A stretch of 44,147 nt of DNA from Pseudomonadales bacterium. GTDB lineage: Bacteria; Pseudomonadota; Gammaproteobacteria; Pseudomonadales; Pseudohongiellaceae. Positions 18,675-26,451 of the stretch are shown one piece after another. Position 1 is the stretch's first letter. The number at the start of each line of letters is the position of its first letter. The stretch lies in contig JANQSV010000087.1 of NCBI GenBank assembly GCA_028279115.1, positions 1 through 44,147 of the forward strand. The letters run 5' to 3'. The translations under genes were made by a program, and so were the position numbers. The notes beneath the pieces were generated by a model. That model searched no databases. It had not been told where the DNA came from and saw nothing but the letters and a program-made list of their open reading frames with translations.

Positions 18675-19541
18675 CTACAGCAGAACGACGAATTCGGCCA
18701 GTTTCGCCATCAGGCGGGTACTGTTGCGCGGACCGATGCGGATCAACTGCTTGTGTACGGCGTCCGCGTTCTCGAGTTCCGAATCCGCGAACAGGTACAT
18801 CACCGATGGCTTCACCAACTGGAATGGCCCCTCGACGTCGGCGGCCTGCAGGACATTGTTGATCGCCAGGCGCAAGGCGTCGTCGAAATCGCGGCCGCGA
18901 TAGCCGATCTCGGCATAGGCCTGCTGGAACAGCGGCCGCAGCAGCCGGTACAGGGCATAGGCCTGTTCGGAATCCACCGCCACCATCGCGTCGATGAAAC
19001 CGTCGAAACGGGGAAAGGCGTCTTCCTCCATCAGGAACAGGTTCTGATCAAGTTCGCGCACGGGCATTTCGACGCCGACGGGGCGGAAGGGCAGATCGGT
19101 CTGGGGAAACTCGTGGCGACCGACATTCTCGACAAAAACGACGAACTTGCGGATCAACTGATCGTCGGATACCAGGCGCAGCACGGCGGCGCCGTTGCGC
19201 AACGCCTGCAGTCGCTCGCGCACGAAGCCGTCGCTGTCGTTGAGGCTGGGCAGGTCCACTTCCTTTTCCGGAGGTTCCGGTTCGACCGCAGGCTGCGCAG
19301 GGACCTCGACAACCGGTTCGGGCTCTTCGGTCGGTTCAACCGCCGTAACCGCGGGCTGTGCGGGGGGAGAAATCACGCCGGGAGTCGGGGCCGGTTCCGG
19401 CTCGGTCGCAACCGGCGCGGGAAGTTCGATTATCCGGCTGGTGACGCCGACCGGCTCATCGAAGCCGGCACTGAGCCAGATAAGAGCAGCCAGCGACACG
19501 ACCGCGACGCCGGCTATGATGAAAAAGCCAAAACGTTTCAT
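18675..19541 (-). CDS. DUF3014 domain-containing protein
   Basis: N-terminal TM anchor and Pro/Glu-rich linker. Then LPSLNDSDGFVRERL ... FVENV ... PLFQQAYAEIGYRGRDFDD ... VMYLFADSELE ... IRIGPRN, the pattern characteristic of DUF3014. The stop is 12 nt from the sseA start, so they are a likely operon. Confidence 0.8.
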   Translation of the reverse strand: MKRFGFFIIAGVAVVSLAALIWLSAGFDEPVGVTSRIIELPAPVATEPEPAPTPGVISPPAQPAVTAVEPTEEPEPVVEVPAQPAVEPEPPEKEVDLPSLNDSDGFVRERLQALRNGAAVLRLVSDDQLIRKFVVFVENVGRHEFPQTDLPFRPVGVEMPVRELDQNLFLMEEDAFPRFDGFIDAMVAVDSEQAYALYRLLRPLFQQAYAEIGYRGRDFDDALRLAINNVLQAADVEGPFQLVKPSVMYLFADSELENADAVHKQLIRIGPRNSTRLMAKLAEFVVLL

Positions 19542-19579
19542 GACTTATGCATTCCATGTGATCAAGGTCGAGCCGTTCA

Positions 19580-19629
19580 GACTTTCAAAAGCTTCGCTTT
19601 TGATCGGCTGCGCCGACCAGCCTTCACCC
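19580..19629. repeat. B-type repeat unit
   Basis: GACTTTCAAAAGCttcGCTTTTGATCGGCTGCGCCGACCAGCCTTCACCC, between the peroxiredoxin stop and the DUF3014 start. Confidence 0.75.
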
Positions 19630-19665
19630 GGGTTTTCTCAAATCAGCCCATTCATGCAACGATGA

Positions 19666-20199
19666 TCAGATCCGGGGGAAACCCAGCTCTCCCATGATTC
19701 TTGCCATATCCTCGCCGGCGGTTGCCGGGTCGGTTTCCTTGTCAATCTTCAGAATGACGCCATCGGCGCCAATATAGTAGGTCCAGCGATTGGCGAATCC
19801 GACCGGCATCAACGCGCCGTAAGCTTCCACCATATCCTTTTCAGGATTGGCCAGCACCGGAAAGCTGGCGTGATTCTCTTCGGCGAAGGCGGTATTGTCT
19901 TCCAGCGTATCCACGCTGACCATGAAATACGCCACGTCGTATTTCTGGATTTCCTCGGCACTGTCACGCAGCGCCTTGCATTGCATGGTTCAGCCGCCGG
20001 TAAAGGCTTTTGGGAAAAAAGCGATGACAACCGGTTTTTTCCCGGCGAACTGGGAAAGGCTGTACGTGTTGCCGTCAGAGCCCGGGAGAGAAAAGTCCGG
20101 CGCCCTGTCCCCTACTTCCAACGCGGCCGCTGAATGACCAATCAGCGCCGCCGCGAAAAGCGGCGGGAGCCAGGTCAGTCGGCTGGCAATTTTCAACAT
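19666..20199 (-). CDS. bcp: Bcp-type peroxiredoxin (AhpC/TSA family), probable selenoprotein with Sec (TGA 19990-19992) at the peroxidatic position; exported
   Basis: Two same-frame ORFs (19990..20223 and 19666..19986) are separated only by TGA. The joined product ..[44 protein letters not shown].. aligns with E. coli Bcp ..[20 protein letters not shown].. Start ATG 20199 has GGAGG 6 nt upstream, and the N-terminus looks like a signal peptide. Confidence 0.75.
19957..19975 (-). promoter_or_regulatory. SECIS-like hairpin downstream of the in-frame UGA
   Basis: The mRNA reads UGA-ACCAUGCAAUGCAA-GGCGCUG-CGUGA-CAGUGCC. The stem is 7 bp (one G-U pair), and the 5-nt apical loop contains GU. The loop begins 21 nt after the UGA, within the spacing described for bacterial SECIS elements. 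Confidence 0.55.
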
Positions 20200-20288
20200 G
20201 GGTTTCCTCCATTCAGATTTCATTCCGCAGACTGCGGTCGAACGTTGCTGTTTGTACTACGAAACGGGAAATTTGTCTATGCCGAGCT

Positions 20289-20541
20289 GTCATTCCGCGC
20301 GCAGCGAAGCGCAGTCGCAGAATCTTTTGGAGATTCTGCAAGGTTGTTCATGCCATCCATGGCGCGGCTCTGTTGGCTTCGACTATCCCCAGCCTTGCCA
20401 GTCCAGCCGCCAAGCACAGCTTGGCGTCGTTCAGCCTGCGCGCGAAGCTGCGCTTCGCATACGCTTGTCTTCACCCATGGCAAGTTGTTCGGCCCTCAAA
20501 GAGCGTTGCTCTTTGTCGGCTGCGCCGACCGGACCTCACCC
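20289..20541 (+). repeat. Composite A+B intergenic repeat, copy 2 (about 250 bp)
   Basis: Collinear with 2183-2414. Lies directly upstream of the peroxiredoxin start (20199) and downstream of the stop at 20595. Confidence 0.85.
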
Positions 20542-20594
20542 TCGCACGCCCACCGAACTCGCCCCAGCCCGACAGCGACTCGCGCCTCACGCGA

Positions 20595-21593
20595 TCAGAA
20601 CAGCGAGTCCCGGCGACCGCGGCGGAAGTATTGCCGGTTTTCCGCTTCGAGTTGCGCGATCCGGGCGTCTATTTGCGCCAGGGTCTCACTGGACAGTCCG
20701 TCCCCCCGGTCGCGAATCGCCGTCAATCTTTCGATGCCGCTGTTGATGGCGTTCGAATAGCGCGTCAGGGTCGTGAGCTTGTTTCTGCGCTGGGATTCGC
20801 GAAAGCGCGGATTCTCCACTTGCACGTTCACGCATTGCCGCACGGCCTGGCCATTTGGCGCCGGCGCCATGCGGCAGCGCATCTGGTTGACGTAGCGCGG
20901 CACGGTGGCCGGGAAATAGTTGTAAGGCGTATTGGCGACGACGCGCATCATGTAGATGTCGAGTTCGGCCTTGCCACGGACGAGGTTGGCCAGGTCGAGC
21001 GGTCGCGCTTCCGGTTCCTGATCGAGCGCCGTGATTGCGCGCCGGTAAACCGAACCCGCGTCGTCGATGGCCGCCTGCGCGCTCCAACTGCTGTCGCCAA
21101 GCAGATCGTCCCGGATCGCTCTCATTTTCCAGCCGCCCCAGGTTTCGATCGCCGCCAGGTGGCGGCGGTCGGTCAATTCCCAGAGACGGCTCGCCAGGTG
21201 GTAGCGGAAATGGTGGAGGTCGTCCACCGCCTCCCAGTCTGCGAGCCCCTCGTTGCCGGCGATCATGGCGTCGATGATGCGCAGTTGCGATTCGCTGTAG
21301 AGACCTTCGTTGATGCGCGCGATTTCGAGCGCGTCGTTATAGATGGAAACGGACTGTTCGTAATCTTCCAGTTCGAGATAGAAGCCGCCGAGTTCGCCAT
21401 AAGCTTCCTGCAAGGCGGGGTGATAGACGCCGAGTTCGCCGCGCAAATCCTCCACATGCCGTTCGTGCTGATCCAGTTCCCTCGCCAGCGCGAGGGATTC
21501 CTCTTCCGCCTCGGACTGCAATGCAAGCGCGGACTGCCCGGTCAACACCAGCAGCGCCATCGGCAAAACGGAAACGCGGAACGATCTCGTCAT
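20595..21593 (-). CDS. exported hypothetical protein, TPR-like helical repeats
   Basis: Trimmed to ATG 21593 (AGGGGA RBS; MTRSFRVSVLPMALLVLTGQSALA signal peptide). Helical-repeat-like segment YGELGGFYLELEDYEQSVSIYNDALEIARINEGLY. The upstream 81 codons read through repeats. Confidence 0.65.
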   Translation of the reverse strand: MTRSFRVSVLPMALLVLTGQSALALQSEAEEESLALARELDQHERHVEDLRGELGVYHPALQEAYGELGGFYLELEDYEQSVSIYNDALEIARINEGLYSESQLRIIDAMIAGNEGLADWEAVDDLHHFRYHLASRLWELTDRRHLAAIETWGGWKMRAIRDDLLGDSSWSAQAAIDDAGSVYRRAITALDQEPEARPLDLANLVRGKAELDIYMMRVVANTPYNYFPATVPRYVNQMRCRMAPAPNGQAVRQCVNVQVENPRFRESQRRNKLTTLTRYSNAINSGIERLTAIRDRGDGLSSETLAQIDARIAQLEAENRQYFRRGRRDSLF

Positions 21594-21782
21594 GGTCCCC
21601 TGCGGGCTTTCGATGAAATCCAACCGGTTGAATTTACCGCGAAACGGGCCCGGAATCACCCGGTTCCCGTTTTCAGAGTGAGAATACGCCGCATCGGATT
21701 CTGACAGCGGGGGAGGCATGCCTCGCCCCTGCGCGTCATCGGCGCGACAATATGCCACATCGGATTCCGACAGCGGGGAACC

Positions 21783-21788
21783 TATAAT
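21783..21788 (+). promoter_or_regulatory. Candidate -10 box (TATAAT) for the downstream TonB-dependent receptor
   Basis: Perfect TATAAT 34 nt upstream of GTG 21823. No convincing -35 (TCGGAT at 17-bp spacing). Confidence 0.3.
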
Positions 21789-21822
21789 TTCCCCGTTTTC
21801 CCAACGATGCCGGAGTCGCACC

Positions 21823-23991
21823 GTGCCCCTGAACAAATCTCTCCTCGCCGCGGCGGCCGCGCCTTTTTTGCTTGCCGCAGGCGAACCTCTTCTCGCCCAG
21901 GACGAGGAAGTCGAAGAAATTATCGTTATCGGTCGTCAGGAGTTCCTTGAAACCGAATTCGATGCGCGCCGGACCGATTCCGGCGCGGACGCCGCCTTGC
22001 TGATCAACCGTGTTCCCGGCGGCGGCGCCAACCACAACGGCCCTCTGACGGGGCAGATTCAATATCGCGGCATGTTCGGCCCCCGCATCAATGTGCGTAT
22101 CGACGGCATGCTGATTCACGGCGGCGGACCCAACTGGATGGCGCCGCCCTTGCACCATATTCCCGCCGCCTTGATGGAAGACCTTGTCGTGGAACAGGGC
22201 ATAGCTTCGATTTCCACCGGCGGCGGTATCGGGGGCGCCGCCACGGCGCATTGGAAACGTCCCCAATTCAATGACGGCGACGGCTGGGACTGGCATGGCG
22301 ACACCGAATTGTCGGCAGCTTCGGCCGCGGGCAGTACGAGCGGTTCGCTGATTCTCGGCGGCAGCAACGCCAATCACCGGCTTTACGGCATCGGCAATCT
22401 CGACCAGGGCGACAACTATGAATCCGCCAACGGCGAGGTGGCCGCAACGCAATACAGCCGCGCCATCTATGGCGTCGGCTACGGTTTCCAGAGCGGCTCC
22501 CACGAAGTGCTGTTCGACGCCCATCGCATCGAGACCGAGGACAGCGGCACGCCGACCCTGCCCATGGATATCGACTGGTTCGATACCGATACCTTCAATT
22601 TCAGATACAACGGGCAACTCGGGAACCTCGGCGTAGAGTTCGGCGTATACCGGTCGAACATCGAGCACGGCATGAGCAATTTCCTGCTGCGGCCGACTCC
22701 CGATTTCTCCCGCCTGCCGCTGCCTCCGTTCCTCGGCGACGACAAGCGCTTCGCATCCGCGGAAAGCGAAGAATCCGGCTTCCGGCTCGTCTTCGATCTT
22801 GAAGTCGGCCCGGGCGTGCTCGAAATCGGCGCCGAAGGCAAGGACGGCGAGCACGACGTGAGCGTGACCGACCCGGATTTCGCGCCCTTCTTCGTCGAGA
22901 ATTTCAATGACGTGAAAACCGACAGCAAGTCGGCCTTCATCCAATGGTCGGCGATTCTCGATGACGACTGGTATGTCGAGTTCGGCGGCAGGCTCGAACG
23001 CGTGGAAATGAGCGCCGGTGAAATCGATGCTTTCCCCGCCCGCCTGGTGGACATGAATCCCGCCAGGTGGGGCATGGGCACGCCGCCGCGGGCGGTCTGG
23101 ATGCTGCGCCAGGGTTTCAATTCGCGCGAGCGCGCGCAGAACGATGACAACAATGACCTGGTGGCCAAACTGCGTTACCAGTTGACGGCCAACCTGGTCG
23201 TGGAGGCCGGTTACGGCCGCAAGACGCGCTCGCCGCTGTACCAGGAGCGTTACCTCTGGATTCCGCTGGAAATCAACGCCGGACTCGGCGACGGCAACAA
23301 TTATGTCGGCAACCCGGACCTGGCGCCGGAAACATCCGACCAGTTCGAGCTCGGCTTCGACTGGAGCAACGGGTCGGCCTGGTTTTCCCCCCGCTTCTTC
23401 GTCCGGGATGTCGACGATTACATCCAGGGCGTACCTGCGACCCACATGGCGGTTGTCGGCGTCAGCCGCAACGCCAACGGAGACCCAACTCCGCTGATGT
23501 TCACCAATACCGAGGCGGAGTTCCGCGGCTTCGACCTGACCTTCGGCTTTCCCATCGACGATCGATGGCGGGTCGAAGGCATGGCTTCGCAGGTGAACGC
23601 CGAACGCGGCGATGTTTCGGACCACCTGTATCGGGTAAATCCGAACAACATCCGCGCATCGCTGCTATATGAGACAGGCAACTTCTCCGCCCGCATCGAA
23701 CAGGTCGTGGTGATGGAACAGGACAATATTTCCCACACCAACACCTACGATCCGATGAATCCGAACAACAGTTCCGATCCAACCGACGGCTACAACCTGA
23801 CCAACGTCTACCTGGACTGGCTGACCGGCCAGGGATTCACTTTCACCCTGGGCGCGGAAAACCTGTTCGATACCGACTACGTCGACCACCTGACCGGCTT
23901 CAATCGCGTCCTGAACAGCGTGGTGCCGCAAGGCAGCCGCATGTACGGTCGGGGCATCAACCTGTTCGGCCGCGTCCAGTACCAGTGGTAG
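21823..23991 (+). CDS. TonB-dependent receptor
   Basis: GTG 21823 with GGAG 7 nt upstream. Signal-like LLAAAAAPFLLAAGEPLLAQ, then EEIIVIGRQ, plug and barrel, and a C-terminal ..GRVQYQW. The GGGPNWMAPPLHHIP segment is reminiscent of copper-type (OprC/NosA-like) receptors, but that assignment is weak. Confidence 0.9.
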   Translation: MPLNKSLLAAAAAPFLLAAGEPLLAQDEEVEEIIVIGRQEFLETEFDARRTDSGADAALLINRVPGGGANHNGPLTGQIQYRGMFGPRINVRIDGMLIHGGGPNWMAPPLHHIPAALMEDLVVEQGIASISTGGGIGGAATAHWKRPQFNDGDGWDWHGDTELSAASAAGSTSGSLILGGSNANHRLYGIGNLDQGDNYESANGEVAATQYSRAIYGVGYGFQSGSHEVLFDAHRIETEDSGTPTLPMDIDWFDTDTFNFRYNGQLGNLGVEFGVYRSNIEHGMSNFLLRPTPDFSRLPLPPFLGDDKRFASAESEESGFRLVFDLEVGPGVLEIGAEGKDGEHDVSVTDPDFAPFFVENFNDVKTDSKSAFIQWSAILDDDWYVEFGGRLERVEMSAGEIDAFPARLVDMNPARWGMGTPPRAVWMLRQGFNSRERAQNDDNNDLVAKLRYQLTANLVVEAGYGRKTRSPLYQERYLWIPLEINAGLGDGNNYVGNPDLAPETSDQFELGFDWSNGSAWFSPRFFVRDVDDYIQGVPATHMAVVGVSRNANGDPTPLMFTNTEAEFRGFDLTFGFPIDDRWRVEGMASQVNAERGDVSDHLYRVNPNNIRASLLYETGNFSARIEQVVVMEQDNISHTNTYDPMNPNNSSDPTDGYNLTNVYLDWLTGQGFTFTLGAENLFDTDYVDHLTGFNRVLNSVVPQGSRMYGRGINLFGRVQYQW

Positions 23992-24963
23992 TCAGAACGT
24001 AGCGATCGGATTCAACGGCGAACCGGTGCCGCCGGAAACCCGCAACGGCGCGGTGGTGAAGAGAAACTCCGGTCGGCCGTGACGCTCGGCTTCGGCCGCG
24101 ACCGCTTCCAGATCCAGGTTGTCGAAGATGGGCATGCCCAGGGCGACCAGCACCAGTGCGTGCACCGGCGAGTTATAGCCCTCGACGCCCGAAGGCTTCA
24201 CGTCCAGCGCCGAATCGCTGCCGATCAGCGCCACATCGCGTTCCTTGAACCATTGCACGGTCGATGCGTGCAGGCCGGCGGAATCGTTGGCGAGATTCCA
24301 CGGCCCGAGCGCTTCCCGCCGCGGCCAGCGACCGGTCCGGATCAGCACGATGTCGCCGGCGCCGACGGTTACGCCATGCAATTCCTCCCATTCATCGAGC
24401 CATTCGGTGGTGATGGCGGCGCCGTTCTCAAGCCAGCCGACTCCGCGCATGGCGGGAAAATCCATGATGATCCCGCGGCCGAAAATGCCGGCGCCGAAGG
24501 ACGTGATTGCGAGCCTGGCGCAGCCTTCCTCGGTCACTTCGTCTTCGGGATAGCCGTTATACATCGTGCCGAACTGGAAGCGGTGGCAAAGCGCGTCAAG
24601 ATGCGAATGCGCATAGCCATGATAGGAGACGCCGACGAAATCTCCCGACCAGGGCCCGGGACTGCTGCCGACCGAAGTCATGCGATGCTCGAAGGGGCTG
24701 AAATTGTCCGCCGCTTCCTCCTCCAGCAATTCATGCGCCATCGAAACCGAAACCCCGGTTCGCACCAGCCGCGCCGCCGCGACTCGCGTCTCTTCGGTGA
24801 TCAGGTTGACCGTGCCCTTTTCATCGTCCGGCCCCCAGCGCCCCCAGTTGGAAAGCGCCTCGAACCATCCGTCCACCGTGGCCTGATCGAGTTGCTGGGC
24901 CTGAGCGGCGGGGAGGAAGGAAAACACGGCAATCAACACAGCCTGAGCGCGAATGTAAGACAT
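23992..24963 (-). CDS. cyclase family protein (kynurenine-formamidase-like fold), exported
   Basis: ATG 24963 with a GAGGAG RBS. Signal peptide MSYIRAQAVLIAVFSFLPAAQA. WGRWGPDDEKGTVNLIT and HSHLDALCH are typical of the putative-cyclase family. Confidence 0.8.
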   Translation of the reverse strand: MSYIRAQAVLIAVFSFLPAAQAQQLDQATVDGWFEALSNWGRWGPDDEKGTVNLITEETRVAAARLVRTGVSVSMAHELLEEEAADNFSPFEHRMTSVGSSPGPWSGDFVGVSYHGYAHSHLDALCHRFQFGTMYNGYPEDEVTEEGCARLAITSFGAGIFGRGIIMDFPAMRGVGWLENGAAITTEWLDEWEELHGVTVGAGDIVLIRTGRWPRREALGPWNLANDSAGLHASTVQWFKERDVALIGSDSALDVKPSGVEGYNSPVHALVLVALGMPIFDNLDLEAVAAEAERHGRPEFLFTTAPLRVSGGTGSPLNPIATF

Positions 24964-24985
24964 GACGAATCTCCTCTTTGGAGCC

Positions 24986-25014
24986 AGTATTCGCAAGACC
25001 GTTATTGCAGTCAA
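24986..25014 (-). promoter_or_regulatory. Candidate sigma70-type promoter of the cyclase gene
   Basis: Minus strand reads TTGACT (25014-25009), a 17-bp spacer, then AATACT (24991-24986). Confidence 0.35.
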
Positions 25015-25113
25015 TCTTCCTTGCCGGTTTCCGTCATTTCGCCGCCCGCATCAACGACGACCCATGGGCGACATAGCGGCGCTGTTATCCCAATAATGCC
25101 TGTCAGGTAATAC

Positions 25114-25142
25114 TTGACAAATTCTGGTTCTCCCTTCATCGT
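25114..25142 (+). promoter_or_regulatory. Candidate higB-1 promoter (near-leaderless geometry)
   Basis: TTGACA (25114-25119), a 17-bp spacer, CATCGT (25137-25142), then 6 nt to ATG 25149. The -10 is weak. Confidence 0.35.
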
Positions 25143-25148
25143 TGAGCG

Positions 25149-25427
25149 ATGATCGAAGGGATTCGACACAAGGCGCTCCGAATCTTCTGGACCACGGGAA
25201 ACTCCAGGGGACTCAACGCCGAATGGCTTCACAAACTACGACGGATCCTTTCGGCGATGGAGGCTGCGGAGAGCCCTGAAGATATGAACTATCCCGGTTC
25301 TTTCTTCCATCGCCTGAAGGGAGACCGGTCGAATCGATATTCAGTTCGCCTAACCGCGAACATGAGAGTGACGTTCGGCTGGCATGATCAAGGGGCGGTT
25401 GATGTGGATATAGAGGATTATCACTAA
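25149..25427 (+). CDS. higB: type II toxin HigB (RelE/ParE superfamily, killer protein)
   Basis: 92 aa with a C-terminal ..NRYSVRLTANMRVTFGWHDQGAVDVDIEDYH signature. Paralogous to 34617-34898 and 39900-40178. The stop overlaps the higA start (TAATG). Confidence 0.9.
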   Translation: MIEGIRHKALRIFWTTGNSRGLNAEWLHKLRRILSAMEAAESPEDMNYPGSFFHRLKGDRSNRYSVRLTANMRVTFGWHDQGAVDVDIEDYH

Positions 25428-25732
25428 TGGTCAAGCGGCATGCCTCCATAGTTCCCGCGCATCCGGGCGAAATTCTCCGAGAGGAAATTCTGCCGTCGAT
25501 AAGCATGAGCAAGTCGGCAGTGGCGACCACCCTCGGAATCTCTCGGCAGACGCTTTACGACATATTGAACGAGCGACAGCCGGTCACGGCCGAAATGGCT
25601 GTTCGATTCGGCAAACTCTTTGGCAATGGCGCCAACTTCTGGGTAAATCTGCAACGCAACCATGACCTTGCTGTGGCCGAACGCGCAGTTGACGTTACAG
25701 GCATCCCCACGCTCCGGGCCAGCGCTGGATAG
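25427..25732 (+). CDS. higA: HigA-family antitoxin (XRE HTH)
   Basis: HPGEILREEILPS..SKSAVATTLGISRQTLYDILNERQPVTAEMAVRFGKLFGNGANFW is the classic HigA antidote pattern. Confidence 0.9.
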   Translation: MVKRHASIVPAHPGEILREEILPSISMSKSAVATTLGISRQTLYDILNERQPVTAEMAVRFGKLFGNGANFWVNLQRNHDLAVAERAVDVTGIPTLRASAG

Positions 25733-25747
25733 CTAAACGCAATAGAG

Positions 25748-26422
25748 TTGTTCGTGGATCCTACTCTCATAACATTAATTGCTATCTTTGTAGCGTTGAC
25801 TTTGTTGTTCAACGCCTGGCTCAAGCCTAAATCATCTCGAAGGTACGCACGCGTACCGGCGGCAAGAGCCAGAGCTCACTTCCCCTTCGAGATTTTCGGT
25901 CGCGCCAGAGTTACCGATGCCGACGGCATCAACGTGAACGGCCGGGAAATCAGACTTGCCGGCCTCGATGCGCCCGAGTATGGCCAGCCCGCGGTAATCC
26001 ACGGTCGAACCGTCAATCACGGCGGAATCATAAAGCACAGGCTGATCAAGCTCATTGGTGGCAATAAAGTCCGCGCTGTGATAACCGACACCGACAAATA
26101 TCATCGCTTGATCGGAACCGTGTATCACGGCGAAACCGATATCAACGAATTCATGGTCGAGAGCGGCTGGGCTGTTGCCGCTTATGGAAACCAGTACAAT
26201 CGGCAACAGGCGTTTGCCCGCAAAAATCGCAAAGGCATGTGGAACTACGATAGTTTTCATGATCCCCGCACTTGGAAATCAATGGATGATCCGCCAAATG
26301 CGCCCAAAAATTACGGAAAACGCTTTCGCCCCAAACGCAGCCGTTCGGGCTCGGATTCCGTATCGCGATACATCACGCGAAAACTCGTGCCGTATCGCTA
26401 CCGCCGCCTTTTCAGACTCTGA
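25748..26422 (+). CDS. membrane-anchored thermonuclease (SNase-like) family protein with basic C-terminal tail
   Basis: TTG start. N-terminal TM helix ([15 protein letters not shown]). SNase motifs [36 protein letters not shown] and [10 protein letters not shown]-terminal K/R-rich tail. Confidence 0.8.
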   Translation: MFVDPTLITLIAIFVALTLLFNAWLKPKSSRRYARVPAARARAHFPFEIFGRARVTDADGINVNGREIRLAGLDAPEYGQPAVIHGRTVNHGGIIKHRLIKLIGGNKVRAVITDTDKYHRLIGTVYHGETDINEFMVESGWAVAAYGNQYNRQQAFARKNRKGMWNYDSFHDPRTWKSMDDPPNAPKNYGKRFRPKRSRSGSDSVSRYITRKLVPYRYRRLFRL

Positions 26423-26451
26423 TTCGAAGTATTGTTGACGATAGGGACCAA

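Noticed and set aside
23989-23994. Convergent TonB-dependent receptor and cyclase genes with directly abutting stop codons (TAG, then TCA on the plus strand, which is the complement of TGA) and no intergenic space.
   Set aside because: Unusual but not informative by itself. It implies overlapping 3' UTRs, and no structure or element can be assigned.
25008-25017. 10-bp direct repeat GCAGTCAATC at both island borders (25008-25017 and 34927-34936), considered as an att or target-site duplication.
   Set aside because: On the minus strand both copies contain TTGACT, which serves as the -35 hexamer of plausible promoters for the cyclase gene and higB-2. A 10-mer match between two ~150-bp regions is not compelling, and no recombinase is present.
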